NCBI GenBank assembly: GCA_028339975.1
Contig: JAOLDG010000002.1
Coordinates: forward strand, 8,302-72,301
DNA from: Hyphomicrobiales bacterium
GTDB taxonomy: Bacteria; Pseudomonadota; Alphaproteobacteria; MED-G09
Direction: 5' to 3'
DNA length: 64,000 bases
The translations under genes were made by a program, and so were the position numbers. The notes under the pieces were generated by a model, which worked only from the letters and a program-made list of their open reading frames with translations, made no database searches and had not been told where the DNA came from. Every line of letters begins with the position of its first letter. Position 1 is the first letter of the stretch. Shown in pieces: positions 40,871-51,873 of the stretch.

Positions 40871-42505
40871 ATGAAAAATACATATTTTCTTCCCCTAGGG
40901 GGAACTGGTGAGATTGGAATGAATTTAAATCTATACGGTTATGGTGAGGGTGATAATGTAGAGTGGATAATGGTTGATTGTGGTGTTACTTTTTCTCAAT
41001 CCGGCCTTCCTGGTATAGACCTTCAGATGCCTGACCCAACATTTATTGCTTCACAAAAAGATAAATTAAAAGGTGTTATTTTAACTCACGCACATGAAGA
41101 TCATATAGGGGCTATGCCTTTTATTTGGCCTTATTTTAATTGTCCAATTTACACAACTCAATTTACCGCCTCGTTGTTAATAGAGAAATTTAAAGAATAT
41201 AATATAGATTATGAGGATAAGTTAAAAATCCTTAGTGAGGGCGATATAATAAAAATTTCATCTTTTGAAATTAAGGCTATTGGTTTAACTCATTCAATTC
41301 CTGAAATGAATGCTCTTTTAATTAAATCTCCCTCTGCAAATATCTTTCATACAGGTGACTGGAAGATAGATAATGATCCTTTGATTGGTGATGGTTTTAA
41401 TAACAAGGACCTTCTAAATTTTCATGATTTAAAAATAGATGCACTTGTCTGTGACTCTACAAATGCAATTGTTCCAGGAAGATCTGGTTCGGAATTAGAT
41501 GTAAAGAATTCACTTGAAAAAATTATTGGTGGAATAGATGGGAGGATATTTATAAGTACATTTGCCTCAAATGTTGCAAGGCTTTATTCTATCGCCCAAA
41601 GCGCGGCTAAGCATGATAGACATGTTGTTTTGTCTGGTCGAGGGATGCACAAAATTGTTAATGCAGCAAAATCTGTAGGAATTTTAAAGGGTCTTCCAGA
41701 ATTTGTCGATGAGGAAGATGCTGGTTATTTGCCAGCAGAAAAAACCCTTATTCTCTGTACTGGTAGTCAAGGTGAATTCAGAGCTGCTTTATCAAAAATT
41801 GCTCGTGATCAGCACCAACATATTGTTGCAGAAAGAGGTGATACAGTGATCTTTTCATCAAAGGTTATACCCGGTAATGAATCTGGTATCTTAAGCTTAC
41901 AAAATTTATTTGCTAAAAAAGGTATAAAAATTATTACAGGAAATGATGAATTTGTTCATGTTTCTGGACATCCTTGCCAGGATGAATTGTTAGAAATGTT
42001 TAACTTAATAAAACCAAATGCAATAATTCCAGTTCATGGAGAGTTTCGTCATTTAACTGCAAACGCTAATCTTGCAGAAGCTAATGGAATAAAAAAGTCA
42101 CTGGTCATTGAGAATGGAACTATTGTTAAAATTTCTGATAAAGATATCACTATTGATGGCGAGGTTGATAGTGGAAGGCTTTACAAGGATGGTAAAATTA
42201 TTGTTTATGACTATGAAACAGCCTCTAATGAAAGAAGTAAAATCTCTCAATCTGGACTTGTAGTCATTAGCATTGTTATGGTTAATAATAAAATAAAAGG
42301 AAAGCCAGTAATTAAAACCTTCGGATTACCTGAGTTTGATAAAGAGGGTATAAGTCTGGTTGATTGGGTTAGGCAGGCATTAAATAATGTCTTAGGATCT
42401 AAGAATAAAGCAGGTAATTTTGAGAGTAAGATTAGAAATTCTGTAGTTCGTCAGATTAGAAGTGTATGGGGGAAAAAACCAAAAGTAGAAATTATTTTTA
42501 ATTAA
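40871..42505 (+). CDS. rnj: Ribonuclease J
   Basis: PLGGTGEIGMN, THAHEDHIG, HTGDWK, TGSQGE, HVSGH, PVHGE. Confidence 0.96.
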   Translation: MKNTYFLPLGGTGEIGMNLNLYGYGEGDNVEWIMVDCGVTFSQSGLPGIDLQMPDPTFIASQKDKLKGVILTHAHEDHIGAMPFIWPYFNCPIYTTQFTASLLIEKFKEYNIDYEDKLKILSEGDIIKISSFEIKAIGLTHSIPEMNALLIKSPSANIFHTGDWKIDNDPLIGDGFNNKDLLNFHDLKIDALVCDSTNAIVPGRSGSELDVKNSLEKIIGGIDGRIFISTFASNVARLYSIAQSAAKHDRHVVLSGRGMHKIVNAAKSVGILKGLPEFVDEEDAGYLPAEKTLILCTGSQGEFRAALSKIARDQHQHIVAERGDTVIFSSKVIPGNESGILSLQNLFAKKGIKIITGNDEFVHVSGHPCQDELLEMFNLIKPNAIIPVHGEFRHLTANANLAEANGIKKSLVIENGTIVKISDKDITIDGEVDSGRLYKDGKIIVYDYETASNERSKISQSGLVVISIVMVNNKIKGKPVIKTFGLPEFDKEGISLVDWVRQALNNVLGSKNKAGNFESKIRNSVVRQIRSVWGKKPKVEIIFN

Positions 42506-42530
42506 ATAGTTTATTTGTGGAGGAAGTAAA

Positions 42531-42950
42531 ATGATAGGACCTTTAAATCATATTGGCATAGCAGTACCTTCTATTGAGGATGCAACTAAAGTTTATAAAA
42601 ATTTATATGGTGTTCAAAGTATAACTGAGCCAGGAGAATTACCGGATCAAGGGGTACGTTTTTGTTTCGTAAATCTCCCTAATAGCCAAATTGAGCTAAT
42701 TGAACCATTAGGTGAAAACTCTCCTATCGATAATTTTTTACTTAAAAACCCTAAAGGGGGACAGCATCATGTTTGCTTTGAGGTAGAAAATGTTTATTCA
42801 GCAAAAAAAGAAATGGAAGAAAAGGGGGCAAAAATTTTAAATGAACCAAGAATAGGAGCGCACGGTACATTGGTTATTTTTGTTCATCCAAAAGAATCTA
42901 ACGGGGTTTTAATAGAGCTTATGGAGTCTCCAAAGCAACTAAGGATTTAA
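42531..42950 (+). CDS. mce: Methylmalonyl-CoA epimerase (VOC family)
   Basis: LNHIGIAVP, IELIEP, GGQHHVCFEV, FVHPK..NGVLIEL; usual position after rnj. Confidence 0.93.
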   Translation: MIGPLNHIGIAVPSIEDATKVYKNLYGVQSITEPGELPDQGVRFCFVNLPNSQIELIEPLGENSPIDNFLLKNPKGGQHHVCFEVENVYSAKKEMEEKGAKILNEPRIGAHGTLVIFVHPKESNGVLIELMESPKQLRI

Positions 42951-43047
42951 TTAACTTATCGTAACTAGATATAGTTGTTTGTGAGCGTTAAAGAGTTTAT
43001 GGTTGAGTTGTTATAATTTAATATGAATTACATTTTAGGATTGAATA

Positions 43048-44383
43048 ATGCTCTGGTCTAATTACTTTATACCTACTCAAAAAGAAAATCCTTCCGATGC
43101 TAAAATTCCTTCACATCAATTAATGATTAGATCCGGAATGATTAAGCAGGAGAGTGCTGGAATATACTCTTGGTTGCCACTTGGTCTTAAGGTACTTAAA
43201 AATATAGAAAATATTATAAGAGAGGAGCAGGTAAGGGCGGGTGCAATTGAAATTTTAATGCCAACCCTTCAGTCCTCTGATCTATGGAATGAATCTGGTA
43301 GATATGATGGCTATGGCGAAGAAATGCTCAGGGTTACCGATAGGCATAGCAGAGTATTAATTTACGGCCCCACTAATGAAGAGCAGGTTACTGAAATATT
43401 TAGAAAATATATTAAGTCATATAAGAATTTACCTTTGAATTTATTTCATATTCAGTGGAAATTTAGAGATGAAATTCGACCTCGGTTTGGCGTAATGAGG
43501 GGAAGAGAGTTTCTTATGAAAGATTCATACTCCTTTGATCTTAATGAGGTTTCAGCAAAGGTATCGTATAATAAAATGTTTGTAGCATACCTAAAAACTT
43601 TTCAAAGACTTGGGTTGAAAGCAATCCCTGTTTCAGCAGAAAGCGGCCCTATTGGAGGAAATTTAAGTCATGAATTTTCTATAATTGCACCAACAGGTGA
43701 GTCAGAAATTTTTTGTGATAAAAATTTGTTGGATATCGATATTAATAAAAAAGACTATATCTCAGATGAAGAAATTTCAGAGGTTGTTGAGGAATACCTT
43801 AAATTTTATTCTGCAACAGACGAAAAGCACGACTCAGAGAAGTTTAACTCTATGGTAAAAAACGGAGAACCAAATATCTGGAAGAGGAATTGAAGTCGGT
43901 CATATTTTTTCTTTTGGTGAGAAGTATTCAAAACCTATGAAAGCTTCAATTGTTAATATGGATGGAAAGAATTCATATGTTTATATGGGTTCTTATGGTA
44001 TCGGTGTATCAAGATTAGTTGCAACTATAATAGAATGCTTTAACGATGAATCGGGAATTATTTGGCCAATATCTGTGGCTCCTTTCAAGGTAAATATTAT
44101 TAATCTAAAAAATAGCGATCAAGAATGTTATCAAAAATCATTGGAAATCCATGATTTGTTTGAAAAAAAGGGGATTGAGGTTATTTTCGATGATAGAAAT
44201 GAAAGTGCAGGTAAAAAATTTTCTGATAGTGATCTAATTGGCATACCCTTTCAGTTAATTATTGGTCCGAGAGAATTAAAAAATGGTAATGTTGAGCTTA
44301 AGACAAGAAAAACAAATGAAAAAGAAATCATTTCTTTCGATAGCGCAGTTGATAAAATAAAAAATAAAATACTTGAGGAATAA
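43048..44383 (+). CDS. proS: Prolyl-tRNA synthetase (short alphaproteobacterial form), split by a +1 frameshift near 43857-43862
   Basis: ORF 43048-43893 has motifs 1 and 2 ([18 protein letters not shown]); the +1 frame continues [28 protein letters not shown] into ORF 43937-44383 ([10 protein letters not shown], anticodon domain); removing one A gives 444 aa. Confidence 0.93.
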
Positions 44384-44384
44384 T

Positions 44385-45635
44385 TTGAAGTTTTTTTTTC
44401 TAGAATGGTGGATTTCAAAACGTTATTTAAAGCCAAAAGGTAAAGAACGTTTTTTTTCGATTATAACGCTCCTTTCGTTTTTTGGAATTTCCTCTGGCGT
44501 TACAATTTTAATTATAGTCATGTCAGTTATGAATGGACTTAGATCCGAGCTTTTTGATAAAATTATAGGCTTAAATGGGCATATTTTAATTTACTCTAAA
44601 ACTGATCAAGGTATTAATAATTCATTTGAAATCTATAAAAAATTAAAAGAAATTCCAGAAGTTGAGAATATTATTCCAATTCTTGAGGCTCAGGTCTTAG
44701 TTATGGGAGAAGATCAATCATCAGGGGCTCTCTTGAGGGGGGTATCTCCTGAAACACTAAATTCTTTAAAAATAATATCATCAAATATTTTGTCTGGAAG
44801 CATTAAGGATATTAAGCAGGGTGAGGCAGTTATTGGATCAAGGTTAGCTTCGTCATTGGGGCTTTACACCGGTGATAATATTACTCTTCTTTCTCCAAGA
44901 GGAATTAATTCTCCTTTTGGAACAATACCAAGATCCTTATCATTTGATGTAAAGGCAATTTTTGAAATCGGGATGACCGAGTATGATGGAAGTGTTGTAT
45001 TTCTTAATATTAAAGATGCACGCCAAATCTTAAATTTAGGAAGTGTTTATGGTGTGATCGAGGTTATGCTCTCCGATGCCGCCACATCTCTCTTAATAAA
45101 GGATAAAATTGATATGAAATTAGAGGATTATAGCGTTTATTCTCGTGATTGGAGAGAGACGAATTCTAGCTTAGCTGAAGCCATGATGGTTGAAAAAAAT
45201 GTAATGCTTTTGGTGCTTTCTTTAATTTTAATAATTGCAGGAATTAATATTGCATCCGGTTTAGTAATGTTAATTAAGGACAAAGGAAGAGAAATTTCTA
45301 TCTTAAGAGCCATGGGAATGAATAAATTAAGTGCATCAAGAATATTTATTATCTCAGGTATCAAAATTGGATTTTTTGCAACCTTTTGGGGTATTTTTTT
45401 AGGTATTATAATTAGTCCTTATGTTGAGGAAATACGGTTATTATTTTCTTACATTTTTCAAGTAACTTTTTTTAATCCAGAGTTTTATTTTTTATCTAAA
45501 TTACCATCAGAATTAAAATTTTCTGATGTATTTTTAGTTGGCTCTATATCAATGGCTATGTCCTTTTTATCAACAATATATCCCTCCTATAGAGCTATTT
45601 CACAAGATCCTGTTGAGGCTCTAAGAAATGAATAA
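44385..45635 (+). CDS. lolE: Lipoprotein-releasing ABC transporter permease LolC/E
   Basis: [38 protein letters not shown] start after GAGGA (start uncertain, 44373 is the alternative). Confidence 0.92.
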   Translation: MKFFFLEWWISKRYLKPKGKERFFSIITLLSFFGISSGVTILIIVMSVMNGLRSELFDKIIGLNGHILIYSKTDQGINNSFEIYKKLKEIPEVENIIPILEAQVLVMGEDQSSGALLRGVSPETLNSLKIISSNILSGSIKDIKQGEAVIGSRLASSLGLYTGDNITLLSPRGINSPFGTIPRSLSFDVKAIFEIGMTEYDGSVVFLNIKDARQILNLGSVYGVIEVMLSDAATSLLIKDKIDMKLEDYSVYSRDWRETNSSLAEAMMVEKNVMLLVLSLILIIAGINIASGLVMLIKDKGREISILRAMGMNKLSASRIFIISGIKIGFFATFWGIFLGIIISPYVEEIRLLFSYIFQVTFFNPEFYFLSKLPSELKFSDVFLVGSISMAMSFLSTIYPSYRAISQDPVEALRNE

Positions 45636-46296
45636 TATTTTAGAATTAAGAAAAATTTCTAGAAAGTATTTTCTTAACAATAAGGCTCTAAGTATTTTTG
45701 AAAATATTAATCTTTCTGTAAAAAAGAAAGAGAAGATTGCCCTAGTAGGTCCATCTGGATGTGGTAAAACATCCTTACTTCACATAGCCGGTCTTTTAGA
45801 AGCACCTTCATCTGGCGCAGTATTTGTTAAGGGTGAAGAAATTAAATGGAACTCAGATAGAATTTTATCAAATTATCGACTTAATGATATTGGTTTTATT
45901 TTTCAGTTTAATAATTTGTTAGATGATTTTAATGCTTTAGAGAATACAGCCTTGCCATATATCATATCAGGGAATAGTAAAAAAATTGCTTTTGAGAAAG
46001 CTGAGTTACTTTTAAAGCAAGTTGGGCTTGAGGATAGAATAAAAAGCTTCCCTAACCAACTGTCCGGAGGCGAGCAGCAAAGAGTAGCCATTGCTAGGTC
46101 TCTGATTAATGAGCCCTCAATTATTTTAGCAGATGAACCAACGGGAAACCTTGATCTTAGCTCCAGCATGAATGTAATTGAAGTATTTGATAGGTTAGTA
46201 GATGAGTATGACTGCAGTATAATTTTAGCAACACATGATTTGAATATAGCTAGCCTCCAAGATAGAGTCATTTCTATTGAGGAGCTAAGTAATTAA
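45628..46296 (+). CDS. lolD: Lipoprotein-releasing ABC transporter ATPase
   Basis: [31 protein letters not shown]; follows lolC/E. Confidence 0.93.
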   Translation: MNNILELRKISRKYFLNNKALSIFENINLSVKKKEKIALVGPSGCGKTSLLHIAGLLEAPSSGAVFVKGEEIKWNSDRILSNYRLNDIGFIFQFNNLLDDFNALENTALPYIISGNSKKIAFEKAELLLKQVGLEDRIKSFPNQLSGGEQQRVAIARSLINEPSIILADEPTGNLDLSSSMNVIEVFDRLVDEYDCSIILATHDLNIASLQDRVISIEELSN

Positions 46297-49200
46297 GTGC
46301 AACCCTTCCTAAATGAAAACATAAACAATTCTTTTAATTTTATACCACTTAGAGTCACGAGTCCTTATTCATTGTTACAAGGTGCTATAACAATGAAGAA
46401 AATTTCTCAAAATTGTACTCAAAATAATATACCTGCTGTTGCTATAGTTGATAATAATAATTTATTTGGAGCGTTAGAATTTTGTGAACATATGTCAAGT
46501 GATGGAATACAGCCAATTATTGGATGTAATTTAGCTGTTATTGATGGCAAGTATAAGGGTTTTTTACCTTTACTATGCTCGACTAGAGAGGGTTATAAAA
46601 ACTTAATTAAATTATCTTCTGAGGTCTATATTAATGACCATGGTGAGGAGCAAGTTAGTCTCGATAGGGTTTTAGAGTTGAATGATGGTTTAATTTGTTT
46701 GTCAGGAGGTGACGGAGGAATAATCAATAATCTTTTCGTTGACAGTCAAAAGAAAGAAGCTAATGAAATAATTAAAAAAATTAAATCAAAATTTCTCGAT
46801 CGGTTTTATATTGAGCTTCAGCGAACTGGTCTAACCAATATTGAATCGGACTTGCTTGAAAGTGCGTATAGTTATGAGATACCTTTGGTAGCAACAAATC
46901 CCTCTTATTTTAATACCAAGGAAGAGTATACAGCCCACGATGCCTTGTTGTGCATTAATCAATCTACAACTGTTGATGCTTCTGATAGATTTCGTTTAAC
47001 CCCAGAATTTTATTTTAAGACACCAGCTCAAATGATTGAACTTTTTTCTGATATTCCAGAGGCAGTTGAAAATACAGTTGAGATAGCAATGAGGTGTTCT
47101 TATAAGGTTGCGACCTCGGAGCCAAAGCTTCCTAGGTTTAGTGGGCTAGATTTAAATGGAGAGGCATCAGAATTTAAAAAACAAGCAGAGATTGGATTAG
47201 AGGAAAGATTAAGAATTAATCCAGTTCAAGATTCTGAAAAATACCGGGAAAGACTCAAATCTGAAATTGATATTATTACTAAAATGGAATTCCCGGGATA
47301 CTTCTTAATAGTTGCAGATTTTATAAAATGGTCAAAAAATAATAATATTCCTGTTGGTCCTGGTCGAGGCTCTGGGGCAGGATCATTAGTCGCCTGGGCT
47401 TTAACTATTACTGACTTAGATCCGATAAGATTTAATCTAATCTTTGAAAGATTTTTAAATCCAGAAAGAATTTCTTTACCTGATTTTGATATTGATTTTT
47501 GTCAAGAAAGACGAGATGAGGTAATCAATTATGTCCAAGAAAAGTATGGCAAAGATAAGGTTGCTCAGATTATTACATTTGGAACTTTACAATCTAGAGC
47601 AGTATTGAGAGATGTTGGTAGAGTTTTAGGTCTGCCTTATGGTCAGGTTGATAGAATTTGCAAACTCATTCCAAATAATCCTGCAAATCCAACAACCCTT
47701 GGGGAGGCGATAAAGGGCGATGCGAGAATAAGGGATGAGAGTGATGAGGATCCCGATATAGAGAAAATGCTAAATATTGGTTTAAGTCTTGAGGGTCTCT
47801 ATAGAAACGCATCTACACATGCCGCTGGCCTGGTAATAGGTGATAATAGCCTTCAGGACTTTATTCCCTTATACAGAGATCCAAGATCATCTATGCCGGT
47901 TACTCAATTTAAAATGAAATGGGCAGAAGCATCAGGGTTAGTTAAATTTGATTTCTTAGGATTAAAAACCCTAACCGTCATTGACAAAACAATTCAGCTA
48001 ATTAAAGAAAAGACTAACCAAGAAATTGATATACTTCAAATTCCCTTAGATGATGAAAAAACTTTTAAACTGCTGAGTACAGGAAATGCTATTGGAATTT
48101 TTCAGCTTGAAAGTTCAGGTATGAGAGACGTTTTAAGAAATCTTGAGCCTGATTGCTTTGAGGATATTATTGCTTTAGTAGCTCTTTACCGACCTGGTCC
48201 AATGGAAAATATCCCAAAGTATATAGCATGTAAAAAAGGTGAAGAAAAACCTGACTATATGGATCCTCTTTTAGAAGATGTCTTGAAAGAAACTAATGGA
48301 GTAATTATCTATCAAGAACAGGTTATGCAAATAGCCCAAATACTTGCCAATTATAGCTTAGGAGAGGCTGATATCCTAAGAAGAGCTATGGGTAAAAAGA
48401 TTAAATCAGAAATGGATGATCAAAAAGAACGCTTTGTTAATGGCGCATTAAATAACGGAATTAAAAGAGATAAAGCTAACTATATATTTGATTTAGTCGC
48501 TAAATTTGCAGGATATGGATTTAATAAATCTCATGCAGCTGCATACGCTCTTATTGCCTATCAAACAGCCTATCTTAAAACATATTTTCCTGAATACTTT
48601 TTGACAGCTTTAATGACGATGGATATTGAGAATACTGATAAATTAAGTATTTTTGCAAATGAATGTAAAAGAATGGATATTAAAATTTTACCTCCAAGTG
48701 TTAATTATTCTTTGATGAGATTTGATGTTCAGGATGGGGCTATTCGTTATGGCCTAGGGGCAATCAAAAATGCTAGTCAGCAATCTATGGTAAAGATTAA
48801 TGATGAGGTTTTAGAAAATGGGAATTTTAAAACTTTACATGATTTTGCTCAACGACTTGATCACAGCATTTTAACAAAAAAGAATCTTGAAAATTTATCT
48901 TATGCTGGAGCTTTCGATGAAATCGAACCAAACAGGAACGTTGTTTACTCTTCTGTTGATATTTTATCAAATATATCAACCTCTTCAGAAAAAGCTAAAT
49001 CCGATAATCAGGAAAATTTCTTTGGCGAGGAATTTAAAAGTTTTGATCATATATCTCTTCCGTCTGTTCCAATTTGGACAAATGAAATTAAACTTCAAAA
49101 AGAATTTTCTGCTATAGGTTTTTACTTAACAGGCCACCCTCTGGAAGATTATGAAGATTTAATCGAAAGACAAAATATCACTTCTTACTCAAGCGCAATA

Positions 49201-49695
49201 GGTGGAGATGACTATAAGTATAAAATTGCTGGAACAATTTCATATATAATGGAGAGAAGATCCAAGGGGGGTAAAAGATTTGCTTTTGTTGGCTTAACCG
49301 ACAGTAATGGACCCTTTGAAATTACAATTTTTTCTAATTTATTGTCTAGAGTTCGAGATCAAATAGTTCCTGGCATTTCTGTGATTATTGATGTGGAAAT
49401 CCAAAGAGAAAAAAATAACAATAGATTACTTACAAACTCAATTACTCCAATTAATGAGTTTTCTTCACAAACGCTTAGAAATATGAAAATTTATATTGAT
49501 GATCCTGAATCGCTGAAGACAATAAAAAGTAGATTAAATCAATCAGGAAAATCACAGGTCTCAATTTGTTTTCTTTCTATTTTAAATGAAGCCCATAGAG
49601 TAGAAATATCTTTAGGAAGTAAATTTTATATTGATCCCTCAATTATAAATACAATAAAAGATATTGATGGTGTTTCAAAGATAGAAGAAATTTAA
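46297..49695 (+). CDS. dnaE: DNA polymerase III alpha subunit
   Basis: [42 protein letters not shown]. Confidence 0.98.
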   Translation: MQPFLNENINNSFNFIPLRVTSPYSLLQGAITMKKISQNCTQNNIPAVAIVDNNNLFGALEFCEHMSSDGIQPIIGCNLAVIDGKYKGFLPLLCSTREGYKNLIKLSSEVYINDHGEEQVSLDRVLELNDGLICLSGGDGGIINNLFVDSQKKEANEIIKKIKSKFLDRFYIELQRTGLTNIESDLLESAYSYEIPLVATNPSYFNTKEEYTAHDALLCINQSTTVDASDRFRLTPEFYFKTPAQMIELFSDIPEAVENTVEIAMRCSYKVATSEPKLPRFSGLDLNGEASEFKKQAEIGLEERLRINPVQDSEKYRERLKSEIDIITKMEFPGYFLIVADFIKWSKNNNIPVGPGRGSGAGSLVAWALTITDLDPIRFNLIFERFLNPERISLPDFDIDFCQERRDEVINYVQEKYGKDKVAQIITFGTLQSRAVLRDVGRVLGLPYGQVDRICKLIPNNPANPTTLGEAIKGDARIRDESDEDPDIEKMLNIGLSLEGLYRNASTHAAGLVIGDNSLQDFIPLYRDPRSSMPVTQFKMKWAEASGLVKFDFLGLKTLTVIDKTIQLIKEKTNQEIDILQIPLDDEKTFKLLSTGNAIGIFQLESSGMRDVLRNLEPDCFEDIIALVALYRPGPMENIPKYIACKKGEEKPDYMDPLLEDVLKETNGVIIYQEQVMQIAQILANYSLGEADILRRAMGKKIKSEMDDQKERFVNGALNNGIKRDKANYIFDLVAKFAGYGFNKSHAAAYALIAYQTAYLKTYFPEYFLTALMTMDIENTDKLSIFANECKRMDIKILPPSVNYSLMRFDVQDGAIRYGLGAIKNASQQSMVKINDEVLENGNFKTLHDFAQRLDHSILTKKNLENLSYAGAFDEIEPNRNVVYSSVDILSNISTSSEKAKSDNQENFFGEEFKSFDHISLPSVPIWTNEIKLQKEFSAIGFYLTGHPLEDYEDLIERQNITSYSSAIGGDDYKYKIAGTISYIMERRSKGGKRFAFVGLTDSNGPFEITIFSNLLSRVRDQIVPGISVIIDVEIQREKNNNRLLTNSITPINEFSSQTLRNMKIYIDDPESLKTIKSRLNQSGKSQVSICFLSILNEAHRVEISLGSKFYIDPSIINTIKDIDGVSKIEEI

Positions 49696-49703
49696 GTTTT
49701 CTG

Positions 49704-49732
49704 TTGCAGTTAAGCCTAATAATGCTTATATC
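49704..49732 (+). promoter_or_regulatory. Putative sigma70 promoter of rpsB-tsf
   Basis: TTGCAG-N17-TATATC immediately before the S2 leader. Confidence 0.5.
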
Positions 49733-49740
49733 GTCTTCAT

Positions 49741-49803
49741 CACACACACGAACATTGCTAACCGGTCCTTAATTGGATTTAGTTCGTGGAGGTTTAACCG
49801 GAA
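49741..49803 (+). ncRNA. rpsB 5' leader (t44/S2 autoregulatory element)
   Basis: ACACACG start, stem CACGAAC(49747-53)/GTTCGTG(49782-88), GTGGAGG, and a second pairing CCGGT(49762-66)/ACCGG(49797-801). Confidence 0.8.
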
Positions 49804-49816
49804 AAAGGAGGTAAAC

Positions 49817-50803
49817 ATGGCGTTACCAGAATACTCAATGAATGATCTTTTAGAGTCAGGGGCTCACTTTGGTCACCAAAAACATAGGTGGAATCCCAAG
49901 ATGGAATCCTATATTTTTGGCATAAAAAATAATATTCATATACTTGATCTTTCTCAAACAATTCCACTACTTCATTATGCCTTGGCTGCTGTAAGAGATG
50001 TTACCAAATCTGGTGGACGTATTTTGTTTGTTGGAACAAAAAGGCAAGGCCAAGAAATAATTGCAAATGCAGCAAATGATTGTGCTCAATATTATATGAA
50101 TCATAGATGGTATGGTGGAACGTTAACTAATTGGAAAACTATTTCAAAAACTATTGCTAGATTAAGATCTATCGAAGAATCTCTGGAGAGCGAAGAGTCT
50201 TCTGGTCTCACAAAAAAAGAGTTACTAAAATTAAACCGTGAAAAAGATAAATTAGATACATCTATAGGCGGAATAAAAGATATGGGAGGATTACCAGATT
50301 TAATATTTGTTCTTGATACAGTTAAAGAGCAAATAGCAATTCAAGAAGCGACCAAATTAAATATACCAATAGCTGCAGTTATAGATTCAAATAGTAATCC
50401 AGAAGGTATAACTTATCCAATACCTGGAAATGATGACTCTACTAAAGCTATTTCTCTTTTTTGTAATTTGATTTCTAAAGCCGCTCTAGATGGTATTGCT
50501 CAGTCTCAAAGTGAAACTGCAGATGGTCCAGTTATAGAAAAAGTTAAAAAGGATAAACCTGCCGAAGCTGCTACAAAAGCAGAAGAATCTAAGCCAGCAG
50601 AAGATGTTGCTCCAAAAGCAGAAGAATCTAAGCCAGTAGAAGATGGTGCTCCAAAAGCAGAAGAATCTAAGCCAGTAGAAGATGTTGCTCCAAAAGCAGA
50701 AGAATCTAAGCCAGTAGAAGATGTTGCTCCAAAAGCAGAAGAATCTAAGCCAGCAGAAGAACCTTCAATAGAGGCAGAGGAAGATTCTAAGAAAGAAGAT
50801 TAG
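49817..50803 (+). CDS. rpsB: 30S ribosomal protein S2 with acidic repetitive C-terminal extension
   Basis: GAHFGHQ, WNPKM, ILFVGTK, GGTLTN, IPGNDD. Confidence 0.98.
   Translation: MALPEYSMNDLLESGAHFGHQKHRWNPKMESYIFGIKNNIHILDLSQTIPLLHYALAAVRDVTKSGGRILFVGTKRQGQEIIANAANDCAQYYMNHRWYGGTLTNWKTISKTIARLRSIEESLESEESSGLTKKELLKLNREKDKLDTSIGGIKDMGGLPDLIFVLDTVKEQIAIQEATKLNIPIAAVIDSNSNPEGITYPIPGNDDSTKAISLFCNLISKAALDGIAQSQSETADGPVIEKVKKDKPAEAATKAEESKPAEDVAPKAEESKPVEDGAPKAEESKPVEDVAPKAEESKPVEDVAPKAEESKPAEEPSIEAEEDSKKED
50574..50760 (+). repeat. 39-bp tandem repeat, about 4.8 copies, encoding KAEESKP(A/V)ED(V/G)AP
   Basis: CAAAAGCAGAAGAATCTAAGCCAG(C/T)AGAAGATG(T/G)TGCTC starting at 50574, 50613, 50652, 50691 and partially at 50730. 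Confidence 0.95.
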
Positions 50804-50867
50804 ATTGAGTTTGAAAAAATTAAGATATAATTTTTTTAATTAATTTGAAATCAGAGGTAATCATAAA

Positions 50868-51785
50868 ATGTCAAATATTTCCGCATCACTAGTAAAAGAG
50901 CTTAGAGATAAAACAGGGGCAGGTATGATGGACTGTAAAAATGCTCTTAATGAAAATAATGGCGAAATGGAAGCCTCAATTGATTGGTTGAGAACAAAAG
51001 GTTTAGCAAAGGCTGCAAAAAAATCTGGAAGAATAGCCTCAGAGGGTTTGATTGCAATTTCTTCATCGGACGAGTTTAGTTCTATTATTGAGGTTAACTC
51101 TGAAACTGATTTTGTTGCAAGAAATGATACTTTTCAAAATGTTGCCAAGACAATAGGTGCGCTGAGTTTAAAATCCTCAGATTTAGATAATTTAAAATCT
51201 CAAAATGTTGATGAGAAAAATATTAATGTTGATGATTATGTTACCGAAATGATTTCTTCTATTGGAGAAAATATTAATCTAAGAAGGATGATGAGATTTG
51301 AATCCTCCAACAGTTATGTATCTTCATATATTCACGGTCAGGTTAGCGAAGGTTTGGGGAAGATAGGCGTTATGGTAAATCTAAAATCAGATTGCGAAAA
51401 AGAAAGCGTCATTGACTTGGGAAAAAAGATAGCAATGCATATTGCTGCAACTAATCCTTTATCAATATCAATAGATGGTATTCCTTCAGATACCCTGGAT
51501 AGAGAACGTAAAATTTTAGTTGAAGAGGCTAGAGAGTCAGGGAAGCCAGAAGAGATTATAGAAAAAATGATTGGTGGTAGGTTGAAGAAATTTTACCAAG
51601 AGAGCGTTCTGTTGGAGCAAACATTTGTAATCGATGGTGAGAGTAAGGTTTCTGATGTATTGAATTCTTTAGAAAGCCCTGTTGATATTATTGATTTTGT
51701 TAGATTTGAGCTTGGTGAAGGCATTGAAAAAGCTTCCGGTGAAGATTTTGCAAGTGAAGTTGATTCTATGGTTTCGGGAAACTAA
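50868..51785 (+). CDS. tsf: Elongation factor Ts
   Basis: VKELRDKTGAGMMDCK, EVNSETDFVA, IAMHIAA. Confidence 0.98.
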   Translation: MSNISASLVKELRDKTGAGMMDCKNALNENNGEMEASIDWLRTKGLAKAAKKSGRIASEGLIAISSSDEFSSIIEVNSETDFVARNDTFQNVAKTIGALSLKSSDLDNLKSQNVDEKNINVDDYVTEMISSIGENINLRRMMRFESSNSYVSSYIHGQVSEGLGKIGVMVNLKSDCEKESVIDLGKKIAMHIAATNPLSISIDGIPSDTLDRERKILVEEARESGKPEEIIEKMIGGRLKKFYQESVLLEQTFVIDGESKVSDVLNSLESPVDIIDFVRFELGEGIEKASGEDFASEVDSMVSGN

Positions 51786-51873
51786 TCCTAATTAGATAAA
51801 TTTATATTTTTTTCTAATAGAATTTTAAATTTTCATTTAGTAACATGTATTTCGTTTAATAATCGGAGTCAGC

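Noticed and set aside
43048..44383. proS as a decayed pseudogene or two separate genes
   Set aside because: Only one lesion, all motifs are intact, and the conserved GIEVGHIF lies upstream of the second ORF's ATG, so neither half works alone
50574..50760. Regularly spaced ~39-bp repeats as a possible CRISPR array
   Set aside because: Units are head-to-tail with no unique spacers, lie in frame within rpsB, and there are no cas genes
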